This document shows positions 1-9,039 of a DNA stretch of 64,000 nt, one piece after another. The notes beneath the pieces are model-generated. The model did no database searches. It saw only the letters and a program-made list of their open reading frames with translations, and was not told the DNA's origin. Both the position numbers and the translations under genes were made by a program. Within the stretch, counting starts at the first letter, position 1; each line of letters starts with the position of its first letter. This DNA comes from a virus: positions 1-64,000 of the IMG/VR virus record IMGVR_UViG_3300042197_003344; one strand, 5' to 3'.

Positions 1-551
1 TTAGCCGCTTTGGCTTGATATGTAGGTTCGGCTAGATGTTTTTCACCTTCATCCAAAAACTCTTCATTGGTCAAAGTCATTGCCCACTTAAGATAGTCAA
101 GACCTGCTTCCGGACAGCGCCAGTTTCGGTACCAGCGGCGCCACCAGGGATAACTGTACTTTTTACGAGTTTCGTCGTCCCAAAGACAGTGATGCCAAGC
201 CTGTTCTATTTCAACAAAATCCACAAGTTCGTTAAAAAGACATGGAAGAAAACGGTTGCCAACATCACGCCACTCACCACGAGGAATATCGCTTGGGTGA
301 GCAGTGAGAGCGTGGGCTTTAGTGACCCAGCGATTGTTGACATAATAGCGTACATCGTTGATCCTTTCGGGAATATAGCACCAAACGTCTTGAAGTTTGT
401 CTAAGCCTTCTTCAGCCAGCCACCAACGGACGGGATAGCGAGCCTTAGCGGCTTCTTCCCATTCGCGCCATTCTTTACCGGTACCACACTTAATTTTGGT
501 AGTACCGCGGATCCAATCCGCAAATTTTGAGCAAGTCCAATAATTTCTCAT
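1..551 (-). CDS. Trp-rich hypothetical phage protein, 3' end outside window
   Basis: Manual translation MRNYWTCSKFADWIRG... stays open to the window edge; follows a consensus promoter. Confidence 0.75.
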   Translation of the reverse strand, partial: MRNYWTCSKFADWIRGTTKIKCGTGKEWREWEEAAKARYPVRWWLAEEGLDKLQDVWCYIPERINDVRYYVNNRWVTKAHALTAHPSDIPRGEWRDVGNRFLPCLFNELVDFVEIEQAWHHCLWDDETRKKYSYPWWRRWYRNWRCPEAGLDYLKWAMTLTNEEFLDEGEKHLAEPTYQAKAA

Positions 552-578
552 AGTGTTTTCTTTCTGTCGAACAACTTA

Positions 579-607
579 ATTATACGAGATCTTTAAAAAC
601 CTGTCAA
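579..607 (-). promoter_or_regulatory. sigma70-type promoter
   Basis: TTGACA-N17-TATAAT. Confidence 0.8.
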
Positions 608-625
608 TATCGTTTGGAAAACGAC

Positions 626-1009
626 TCAAAACTTTCTTTGGTAACCTGCTAGATTAAGCATTAGGCTATACTGTTCGTAGGCCTTTTGGACAGCAGGATT
701 GGTATGCCGATAGTGAGACTCTTCTCGTTCCTTGTCCATTAGCGTTTGGAACATATCAATTTCGCCAGTACTATGCCTCTGCCACTTAAAGAATCGTTGT
801 TCCATTTCAACCAATGCTGCCAATCTACCTTCCGGTATTTCTAAAGTATAAACTTTCTCAGTATCGTATTGAACGATGTCGTTGCGAATAATGTCTGCAC
901 GTTCAGGATCTGTAAAAAATCTAGGAGGATGATATCGTGCTCTGCGCTTTTGATCGTTCAGGATACGGACCTCGTAGTTTTCACAGAAGTCTTTGAGTTC
1001 TTCAGACAT
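626..1009 (-). CDS. hypothetical protein
   Basis: 127 aa ORF overlapping the thyX stop. Confidence 0.75.
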   Translation of the reverse strand: MSEELKDFCENYEVRILNDQKRRARYHPPRFFTDPERADIIRNDIVQYDTEKVYTLEIPEGRLAALVEMEQRFFKWQRHSTGEIDMFQTLMDKEREESHYRHTNPAVQKAYEQYSLMLNLAGYQRKF

Positions 1010-1673
1010 TTTGTACTAGGCTTTCGCTCATCGGAAAGATCGCAGCGATTGCCGTAGCACAGGCTAGAGCAACAAGTTGATGTTCTTTCTGGGTACCATT
1101 GCCTGAACGTAGTTCAATAAAGTGAATCCACGAACGAAGTGTGCCGTTCATATAGAGTCTGCTTTCAATTAGGCCTTCTGGAAGAACAGCACGAGCCTGT
1201 TCCTTGGCTATGCCATTAGCGATAGCCCACTCGTATTCTCTTTGTGAGGCATAGATGACTCGTTGTTGAGCTCTGTACCATTCATTTTGTAGAAGTTGAT
1301 CTTCCACTTCGACACTGTTTTGTCTGTTCTTAGGGTCTTGGAGTCGTGCTTCTCTTGTAACGAATTTGAGATCTTTAGTTGGGTCAGCATAGCGTTGACT
1401 GAATTCTTGGAAACTAAAACTTCTATGTCTGAGAATCTGTCTTGCGATATCTCTGGTGGTTGTGATTTCAACGCAGGCTGAAACCATTTCAAGGGGGCTC
1501 CAGTGTGCGTGTTTAACAAGATATCGTATAAGCTTCTCTGATGTCTCTGTATTGAATTGGTTGCTTGGATTCGAGACACGGGCGCAATACGCAATGAGTT
1601 CCTGCGCATCTGCGATGCCCATATCTGCAAATTCTGCTGTTGGTTGTGAATAGGATACCAGCTTAACATTCAT
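1002..1673 (-). CDS. thyX: FAD-dependent thymidylate synthase
   Basis: RHRSFSFQEFSQRY ThyX motif, HWSPLE, EQARAVLP; start taken at MNVKLVSYS. Confidence 0.95.
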   Translation of the reverse strand: MNVKLVSYSQPTAEFADMGIADAQELIAYCARVSNPSNQFNTETSEKLIRYLVKHAHWSPLEMVSACVEITTTRDIARQILRHRSFSFQEFSQRYADPTKDLKFVTREARLQDPKNRQNSVEVEDQLLQNEWYRAQQRVIYASQREYEWAIANGIAKEQARAVLPEGLIESRLYMNGTLRSWIHFIELRSGNGTQKEHQLVALACATAIAAIFPMSESLVQNV

Positions 1674-2164
1674 TCTTTCTCTTCTTTCTCTTCCGGAAAA
1701 CACAATGATTCCATTGTCTTATAATGTTCATAGGCTTTTTTTAGAGCCTCAAACTTTTCTAGTTTTTCTGGATTCGGAACAAGAATAGATAATCTCTGTT
1801 CCATTTTGGTCATGAAATCTTTTAGACTTTTACCATCAATTTTAAGATCAGCACCTTGAGCCATTTCAATACCATCACTATTGATATGAACAGTATTTGA
1901 CGATGTGGTTGCCCAACTATAATTATTATTACTATTATTACCAATAGTGTAAACACCTCCAACTCCACCTCCGGCAATGGAATAGTTCATTGAAGGTAAG
2001 GTTATAGTTGATCCTGAATATAAATTATCATCCAATGTGATATAATCAGTAGTGGATAGTGCTGGCTCAGCAGCACCAAAGTCTAGATCTAATGTTACTG
2101 TATCAGTGACTGTGATGCTGTCTGAGTTGCTGCCACTGAGGATAATGTTATCCTTGTTGTCCAT
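1670..2164 (-). CDS. hypothetical phage protein
   Basis: Likely start MDNKDNII; low-complexity N-half, helical C-terminus. Confidence 0.7.
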   Translation of the reverse strand: MDNKDNIILSGSNSDSITVTDTVTLDLDFGAAEPALSTTDYITLDDNLYSGSTITLPSMNYSIAGGGVGGVYTIGNNSNNNYSWATTSSNTVHINSDGIEMAQGADLKIDGKSLKDFMTKMEQRLSILVPNPEKLEKFEALKKAYEHYKTMESLCFPEEKEEKE

Positions 2165-2165
2165 A

Positions 2166-2390
2166 TTAGGCCTTTGCTGCGGCTTTGGCTGCTTTCTGCG
2201 ACTCTTTGGATTCCTTGCGAGAGTTTTTTTCTTCTGTGATTTCATTACGGCGAGTTTTGACCAATTTGCCTACTTCTTGTAAGGCTTTACGAGCACGGGT
2301 ACCTGCAGCAGAGTTGCCGCCGGTAAACTTAGCATCTTCTGCTAAAAAGTTTTCAAATGCTGATTTGAGTTGTTCTACTGTGTTTGACAT
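2166..2390 (-). CDS. histone H1-like DNA-binding protein (Hc1-like)
   Basis: GNSAAGTRARKALQE motif and K/A-rich tail; SD AAGGA. Confidence 0.75.
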   Translation of the reverse strand: MSNTVEQLKSAFENFLAEDAKFTGGNSAAGTRARKALQEVGKLVKTRRNEITEEKNSRKESKESQKAAKAAAKA

Positions 2391-2433
2391 TTTGTTTTCC
2401 TTATAAAATGTGTCTAATACTTATAAAATAATC

Positions 2434-2545
2434 TGGTGTGGTCGGTAGGATTCGAACCTACAAAGGCTGTGTCTAAGACGGCGCCCCATCACCAGCCTTC
2501 CTTTCGGAGAGGCGGCAGGTCTGCCTATATTCCACTCACGACCAC
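2434..2545 (-). ncRNA. tRNA-like RNA (Leu-like body) lacking a canonical anticodon loop
   Basis: Acceptor GTGGTCG/CGACCAC-A-CCA, T-arm GTAGG-TTCGAAT-CCTAC; anticodon arm replaced by a GAAA-capped hairpin. Confidence 0.75.
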
Positions 2546-2608
2546 AAGTATATTATATAACCTTAATCTTAAAAAAACAATAGCTGATGGATTAAATACT
2601 AGCAGTTT

Positions 2609-3595
2609 ATGATGCACGACTTTCAAAAAATACCGTTTCAAAATATCGTTAAGTTTGGACAGAGAACAATGTTACAAAGACCCTTGTTCTCTGTCAGTTG
2701 GATATTGGGTCGATTCTGTAATTATAATTGTTCCTATTGTTGGCCCTATGCTAGAACTGATCGTATAGACCATTTGTCTTTGGAAATATATAAAAATACA
2801 GTAAACGAAATCAAACGTCAGGCTCGACAAAATGGTTTTACAGAATTTCATTGGAGTTTTAGCGGCGGTGAACCTACAGCATTTAAGCAACTTCCCGATT
2901 TGATTAAGCACATCGATGACGGAATAAACACACCTTATCAAAGTATTCATATGACCACTAATCTTTCGCCTGGATCTAAATGGTGGAAAAATTGGGCAAA
3001 TATCACAGCGAATTTACAAAGACGAAGTATTACAGCAAGTTATCACGCAGAGTTTGCCAAGGAACAGGAATTTGGAGACAAATGTCTTCAACTTATATAT
3101 GATAATGTATACGTTACAATTAATCAGGTGATGGTACCAGATAAATTTTTTGAATTATATGAACGCTGTGAAAGATTGAATAATCGAGGAATTAATGTAA
3201 CTTTAAAACCGCAAAGCGATCCAACAGCTAGTCGGGTGATAGAAGGTTATACAACAGAAATGATTAATCTAATGCAGACAGGTTTCCCTCAGCAAATATC
3301 AGGAGAAGAATTATATCAAATATCTCTTTATGATAAAAATAATACAGAATATTATTTTGATCAAGCAGAAAGATTCAATGCTTATGGCTTCAATAAATTT
3401 AAAGGTTGGAATTGTAATTCTGGCTATCAAAGTATTATAATAAGAGGAGAAGAAATAAAAAGAGGATATAGTTGTCAAGAAGATGCGATAGGCAAAATTA
3501 CAGATGGCTTTAAAATTTTTAACTCTCCGAAAAAATGTGTAACAGATAGTTGCGTAAGTTCTGCTGATTCAAAGATTCCTAAAACGAATGTATAA
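2609..3595 (+). CDS. radical SAM protein
   Basis: CNYNCSYC, SGGEP, C-terminal Cys cluster. Confidence 0.9.
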   Translation: MMHDFQKIPFQNIVKFGQRTMLQRPLFSVSWILGRFCNYNCSYCWPYARTDRIDHLSLEIYKNTVNEIKRQARQNGFTEFHWSFSGGEPTAFKQLPDLIKHIDDGINTPYQSIHMTTNLSPGSKWWKNWANITANLQRRSITASYHAEFAKEQEFGDKCLQLIYDNVYVTINQVMVPDKFFELYERCERLNNRGINVTLKPQSDPTASRVIEGYTTEMINLMQTGFPQQISGEELYQISLYDKNNTEYYFDQAERFNAYGFNKFKGWNCNSGYQSIIIRGEEIKRGYSCQEDAIGKITDGFKIFNSPKKCVTDSCVSSADSKIPKTNV

Positions 3596-4610
3596 TATCA
3601 ATACTATTACCGATCTTCATATAGAGCTAACTGATCGATGTCAGGCTAGTTGTCCTATGTGTGCTAGAAATGTAAACGGCGGTAAAGAAAGGGAATTCGT
3701 GGGAAAAAATGAAATAACTTTAGAAGTTTTTAAACAGTGGTTTCCTTCTGAGTTTATTAAACAGCTTAATCATTTTTATGCTTGTGGTAATTATGGAGAT
3801 CCTATAATCGCTAGAGACTGCTTAGAAATATATGAATATATAAGGTCTCTTAACAATAACTGTCATTTAGGAATTCATACCAATGGAAGTGCTCGTGAAA
3901 GTAAATGGTGGAGTGATTTAGCCAAGGTGTTAGGAAATAATCATACCTGTACTTTTGGAATAGACGGATTTGAACACAGTCACAATTTATATAGAAGAGG
4001 TACAAATTGGCAAAAGATCATCGATAATGCATCTGCATTTATAAAAGCAGGCGGTCATGCTGAAATTGATTGTCTAGTATTCAAACACAATCAACATGAA
4101 ATAAATCAGTTTCAAGATAAAATGTTAACGTTAGGGTTTAAAAAAATAAATTTTAAATATACAAGAAGATTTTATGATATGAGTGAATTTCCTGTAGAAG
4201 ACAAAGAAGGAAATATAGAATATTACTTAGAGCCAGCCATACAGGAATCTGTAATCGAATTTTTACCTCTTAAAAAAATCAGCGAAGACATTTCGATATG
4301 GGAAGAAAAGGTATCAAAGTCAATCATCAAACCTAAATGTATTGAAAAAAATGAAATTTTTGTAGACAGTAAAGGCAATGTATTTCCCTGTTGCTGGATA
4401 GGATCGGACTGGGCGGAACAACCGATACCTGAAACTATGCCTATACAAAAATTAAGAAATTTAGTCGTGAACGATACCAAGAAAAAATTTGAAAAAATAG
4501 GTATAGATAATCTCAACAAAATTAAAATTATGGAATTATCTTGGAATAACTTAAATGATACATTACAAGAAATCAAACCATGGACTTGTGTAAAAAACTG
4601 TTATGCTTAA
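3588..4610 (+). CDS. radical SAM/SPASM protein
   Basis: CQASCPMC; C-terminal GNVFPCC. Confidence 0.9.
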   Translation: MYNINTITDLHIELTDRCQASCPMCARNVNGGKEREFVGKNEITLEVFKQWFPSEFIKQLNHFYACGNYGDPIIARDCLEIYEYIRSLNNNCHLGIHTNGSARESKWWSDLAKVLGNNHTCTFGIDGFEHSHNLYRRGTNWQKIIDNASAFIKAGGHAEIDCLVFKHNQHEINQFQDKMLTLGFKKINFKYTRRFYDMSEFPVEDKEGNIEYYLEPAIQESVIEFLPLKKISEDISIWEEKVSKSIIKPKCIEKNEIFVDSKGNVFPCCWIGSDWAEQPIPETMPIQKLRNLVVNDTKKKFEKIGIDNLNKIKIMELSWNNLNDTLQEIKPWTCVKNCYA

Positions 4611-5238
4611 TACTTCAACAAACTTAAATTTTTTAGTTGATTTGGAACATCTCCATTATTGGATGATGGCAATTAGGGACAGTCATAATCCGATACGCAC
4701 GTTAGATGCTTTCTGGAAAGGTCAAATTTCTAGTAAGCTATGGCTGATACAAAATCTTAGACCCGTTGTATTAGAGAATTTTAGTTCTAAGAAGGTTAAT
4801 ATTGATGTACATGGCGGCTGGGTAGGTGTATTGTCCAGTATGATTTTTCAAAGTGACCTACCAGTTTTAAATATTCGTAGTATTGATATAGATCCAGGTT
4901 GCAAGGATATAGCCACAAAGATGAACAAAATAGAAGAAATTCAAGGTAGATTTAAATCAATAACTGCTGATATGTGTTCGATTGATCCCGAAGGTGACAT
5001 TATTATTAATACAAGTTGTGAACACATTACACAACGGCAATACGATGATTGGATTAAAAAGATTCCTGATGATAAAATTTTAGTTCTTCAGAGTAACAAT
5101 TATGATATTTCTGAACACATTCGTACAGCAAAAAGTTTGTCTGAATTTCGATCACAATGCGATATAAATGTACTATGGGAAGGCGAATTTGAAACACAGC
5201 TATATACTCGTTATATGTTAATAGGAAACAGAAAATGA
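4603..5238 (+). CDS. putative class I SAM-dependent methyltransferase
   Basis: VHGGWVG, SIDIDP, INTSCEH Rossmann-like motifs. Confidence 0.65.
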   Translation: MLNTSTNLNFLVDLEHLHYWMMAIRDSHNPIRTLDAFWKGQISSKLWLIQNLRPVVLENFSSKKVNIDVHGGWVGVLSSMIFQSDLPVLNIRSIDIDPGCKDIATKMNKIEEIQGRFKSITADMCSIDPEGDIIINTSCEHITQRQYDDWIKKIPDDKILVLQSNNYDISEHIRTAKSLSEFRSQCDINVLWEGEFETQLYTRYMLIGNRK

Positions 5239-6071
5239 TTGAAACGGGTATTGTAAAATGGTACAATGATTCTAAAAGATATGGATTTATTATCGCTGAT
5301 CGCGATGGTTCAAATATTTTTGTAGAAAAAAAACAAATTTTAAGTGTACCCCAGACTATATTCGAATTACAAAAGGTAGAATTTATTAGAGAAAAAACTG
5401 AAAGAGGGTACTTGGCCATCGAAGTAAGAATCTTAGAATTACAAGAAAGAAAGTTATTAGAATTTCCTCGAATTAGTATTTTTGATAACTTATTGGATCA
5501 AGAATTTTGTAATAATTTGATACTTAAACATCAAACAGTTGGAATGAATCCAAACAGCGGTTATCAGAGTCGTATAGAATCGTATGCACAGGTAACGGAA
5601 GAAGTAGAAAATAGAGGCATAAGCCTAGGAGTAGACCCGTATGATTACGATATACTAGCTACGGCTATAGTAAAAGCTGCAAGAATTCCGTATAGTCATA
5701 TAGAAGCCATTGACATTTATAACTATAACGAAGGCCAATTTTTAGCTTACCATCATGATTATCCGTATGATTCAAAACAGATCAATTATTATAAGTATGG
5801 CGGGGATAGAGTAGGAACTGGTATATTTTACCTCAATGAAGATTTTGACGGAGGGGAAACATACTTTCCTCATCATGATATTACTGCCTATCCTAAAGCG
5901 GGATCATTTTTATATTTCGAACAAGGGTATGACGAAGCAACCAATTGGTCAACAATACACGAAAGCAAAATGATAACCAGAGGTACTAAATGGATCGCTA
6001 GTTGCTTTTTTAGTGACAGACCTAGAGTAGGGTGGAGTCCGAGAGACAATTTATATAAGGAAAAACAATGA
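5235..6071 (+). CDS. cold-shock domain fused to prolyl-4-hydroxylase-like 2OG-Fe(II) oxygenase
   Basis: N-terminal GIVKWYNDSKRYGFI; C-terminal HHD, YLN-GGET-F, HE..I.RG.KW. Confidence 0.85.
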   Translation: MIETGIVKWYNDSKRYGFIIADRDGSNIFVEKKQILSVPQTIFELQKVEFIREKTERGYLAIEVRILELQERKLLEFPRISIFDNLLDQEFCNNLILKHQTVGMNPNSGYQSRIESYAQVTEEVENRGISLGVDPYDYDILATAIVKAARIPYSHIEAIDIYNYNEGQFLAYHHDYPYDSKQINYYKYGGDRVGTGIFYLNEDFDGGETYFPHHDITAYPKAGSFLYFEQGYDEATNWSTIHESKMITRGTKWIASCFFSDRPRVGWSPRDNLYKEKQ

Positions 6072-6988
6072 AAATTTTATTAACAGGGAGCTCGGGATTC
6101 ATCGGTTCTCATATGACACCGATTTTAGAAAAAAATCATGAACTGCACCACTTGAAAAGTAATCTTCTAGATTACAAATCTGTCCAGGAAGAAGTATTAT
6201 CTATTTCTCCTGAAATAATAGTACATCTTGCTGCCCGTACCGAAGTTGAAAGAAGTTTTTATGAACAAACAACATTTAGCGAAATCAATTATGTTGGAAC
6301 AGTAAATCTTATAGAAGCAGCTGCCCGCATAAAAAATTTTAAAAATTTTGTATTTGCCAGTACAATGGAAGTTTACGGTTGGCAACCTATAAGTGATATA
6401 GTAAAAGGAGGATTAGTTCCTAGAGATTTTATTGCCTTTAATGAAAATACATCACCGAATCCCAACGCACCTTATGCCGTGGCCAAGTACGCCTGTGAAA
6501 AATATCTAGAGTATGCATATCGCTGTTACGGTTTACCATTTACTGCAATAAGACAGACTAATAGTTATGGAAGAAAAGATAACGATTTTTTTGTGACAGA
6601 ACAGATCATTAGTCAAATGATACGCAGTCCAGACGAGATTAATTTAGGATATGCAGAACCTTATAGAAATTTTATTTTTATCAGTGATCTTCTAGATGCT
6701 TGGATAGAAGTAATAGAAAACTACGACAGGGTACAAGGAAAAATTTTTACCATAGGACCAAACGCTCCTATTAAAATTAAAGATTATGCACAGAAAATTG
6801 CTAATAAATTAAATTGGAACGGTCAAATAAATTGGGATACTAAACCTAAAAGACCAGGAGAAATTTATTGGCTTAATAGCTGTCATGATCTAATTACATC
6901 TACTATAGGATGGAAACCAAAAATTGATTTGGATTTTGGTTTAGATCAAACGATTGATATCTGGCTTCATAATTATGAAAATAGATAA
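6068..6988 (+). CDS. NAD-dependent nucleotide-sugar epimerase/dehydratase
   Basis: TGSSGFIG, HLAA, YAVAK. Confidence 0.9.
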   Translation: MKILLTGSSGFIGSHMTPILEKNHELHHLKSNLLDYKSVQEEVLSISPEIIVHLAARTEVERSFYEQTTFSEINYVGTVNLIEAAARIKNFKNFVFASTMEVYGWQPISDIVKGGLVPRDFIAFNENTSPNPNAPYAVAKYACEKYLEYAYRCYGLPFTAIRQTNSYGRKDNDFFVTEQIISQMIRSPDEINLGYAEPYRNFIFISDLLDAWIEVIENYDRVQGKIFTIGPNAPIKIKDYAQKIANKLNWNGQINWDTKPKRPGEIYWLNSCHDLITSTIGWKPKIDLDFGLDQTIDIWLHNYENR

Positions 6989-7679
6989 TTGGATTCCTTT
7001 CTTTAAATTTGATGAAAACGGGTTCGGTGGAGCTATGTCTCAACAGACCTACGAACCGTTAATTAGTCCCGACGGCAAAACATTCTGTGCTAATTATGAT
7101 TGGAATAACAAATATCAACGATACGAACAATCTGTACGTTTAGACTACACTAAAGAAGTAGTTGACTATTTCTTTTCTAAGGAAATCGAATACGCTCAAA
7201 GATTTGCAGGTCGATCCTGGGCTCCTGAAATTTTAGAAATTGATCGCAGTAGACATAGAATTTATTATAGATGGAATAATCCATCTTGTAATGAAATAAT
7301 TTATCGAGATAAAAATTACCCTGTCGAATGGAAAAAGCAAATCAACAAAATAATAACTGAAATTTATCAGCTAGGTGTCTACAAATTAACAATGTATCCT
7401 CACTGTCATTATATAGATAATGAAGGACAGATGCATACTATAGATATGTACGGCTGTGTTGAAGTGAATGATCCTTTTATAGAAAAAAAAATTATGGACG
7501 GAATAATTCACGGCACCGCTAGATTTAGACTAGACGAAACTGGACCGATAATTAATGACAGATATAATTTAGAAAAAATGTTTTTTAATAGTTTACGTAC
7601 TCATGTAAAATGGGGAGAACATACTTTAGATTTTATCTATCAAAACATACTCGGAGATAGCAATGAAATATATAGGTAA
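6975..7679 (+). CDS. hypothetical, possible kinase-like fold; paralogue of 17662-18363
   Basis: Shared LISxDxKTFC, APxILEI and GxYKxxxxP motifs. Confidence 0.5.
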   Translation: MKIDNWIPFFKFDENGFGGAMSQQTYEPLISPDGKTFCANYDWNNKYQRYEQSVRLDYTKEVVDYFFSKEIEYAQRFAGRSWAPEILEIDRSRHRIYYRWNNPSCNEIIYRDKNYPVEWKKQINKIITEIYQLGVYKLTMYPHCHYIDNEGQMHTIDMYGCVEVNDPFIEKKIMDGIIHGTARFRLDETGPIINDRYNLEKMFFNSLRTHVKWGEHTLDFIYQNILGDSNEIYR

Positions 7680-8292
7680 TTGTGCAGACAGAATAAATTG
7701 GAACGAAGTAATTAGATTGTGTCAACAAAGTATTACTGGAGATAAAAATACAGTTACTTCTGTAATTGATAGATCCGAAGCAACCTTTCAAAATCGAGAA
7801 CCGATGCCTGCTCAGGTTTTGATAGAAGCCGGTGAGCAGTTAAAGAATGAACAATTATTAAAAGATTATAGAGAAGTAATAGGTGCTTGGAGAGATGCAG
7901 GATGCGATCTGGAAAAAATTTATTGGTTTGATTATTATCCCGGTGATCATTATCCGATTGAAGTTTCAGACACTTTTGCAAACATAGTCGGAATAAAACC
8001 ATTAAGAATTTTTGTAAGTGAAGTATTTCCCGGAATAACAGTTCCGTATCATTGGGACGTGGAAGATAAAGAACAGGAATGGTTAAAAGATCATGGAATG
8101 CTTTATAGATATACCTGTTGTATGGATATCCCTAGAACTGGTAGTGTATTAATAGTAGACAATCATTGCCTGTATGATTTTAAACAAGGGGATATTTTCG
8201 AATGGGATAGTTATAGAAATTATCATTCTGCAGCTAATGGCGGCGAACACATACAATACTATTTTCATATGTTAGGATATAAAGTGAAATGA
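7663..8292 (+). CDS. 2OG-Fe(II)/cupin oxygenase
   Basis: PYHWD...YHSAANGG (HxD...H). Confidence 0.75.
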   Translation: MKYIGNCADRINWNEVIRLCQQSITGDKNTVTSVIDRSEATFQNREPMPAQVLIEAGEQLKNEQLLKDYREVIGAWRDAGCDLEKIYWFDYYPGDHYPIEVSDTFANIVGIKPLRIFVSEVFPGITVPYHWDVEDKEQEWLKDHGMLYRYTCCMDIPRTGSVLIVDNHCLYDFKQGDIFEWDSYRNYHSAANGGEHIQYYFHMLGYKVK

Positions 8293-8834
8293 TAGAAAAA
8301 GTTGGAAATTGTTCAACAATTATAAACTGGAATAAGATAATAGCAGATATCGAAAATCAAAAACCTTCCTATGTAGGACCTAGTCATAAAGAAGGAGATC
8401 CGATTCCGGGACTCGATGAAGTAACTGATATGTGGAAACGTGCAGGACTTAAAACTTCTGCCCAAGGAGGAACAGTAGAATGGGATATGTTCTTACCTTA
8501 TAAAAATTTTGATATAAAAATAGTTGAACAATTTTGTGAATTTGTCGGCCTAAAAAATTATACAAGTTGCTGGATAAGCAGAATAAATCCCGGACGATGC
8601 TCTCCCTGGCACTGGGATGTTCACGACGACGAAGTAAATTTATCTAAAAGAACAGATATAATTAGATATCATTGTCATATGGGACAACCTGCACACGGTC
8701 ATGTTTTGATAGTAGACCAGATTTGTTTGTACAATCGACCACAAGGTGAGGTCTATAAATGGCCTTCAAGAACGACTTGGCATTGCGGTCTTAATAGTGG
8801 TCTAACTCCTAAATATCTTTTTAATATATGGTAG
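8289..8834 (+). CDS. 2OG-Fe(II)/cupin oxygenase
   Basis: PWHWD...WHCGLN; paralogue of the upstream gene. Confidence 0.75.
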   Translation: MIEKVGNCSTIINWNKIIADIENQKPSYVGPSHKEGDPIPGLDEVTDMWKRAGLKTSAQGGTVEWDMFLPYKNFDIKIVEQFCEFVGLKNYTSCWISRINPGRCSPWHWDVHDDEVNLSKRTDIIRYHCHMGQPAHGHVLIVDQICLYNRPQGEVYKWPSRTTWHCGLNSGLTPKYLFNIW

Positions 8835-8838
8835 AAAA

Positions 8839-9039
8839 ATGAATAATCAAAAATTAAATGATCAAGATGTTCCGATTACAGAAATTTTTTATATGCAGAA
8901 ATTTATGCAAATTCAAAGACAGAATGTTGTATTATCAAATAAGTTACGAATGTTATACGAAGATCAAAATATAAAAAATATAATTGAAACTAATATAGAT
9001 AATAGTTTTTTCGATATACTTAAAGAAACACCGGCATGA
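8839..9039 (+). CDS. small hypothetical protein
   Basis: 66 aa ORF with ATGA coupling to the next gene. Confidence 0.6.
   Translation: MNNQKLNDQDVPITEIFYMQKFMQIQRQNVVLSNKLRMLYEDQNIKNIIETNIDNSFFDILKETPA

Noticed and set aside
36-404. + strand 122-aa ORF
   Set aside because: It is the antisense shadow of the minus-strand gene at 1-551, which has the promoter.
8839-9039. RiPP precursor for the radical SAM cluster
   Set aside because: There is no leader/core pattern, Cys/Trp motif, peptidase, RRE or exporter nearby.
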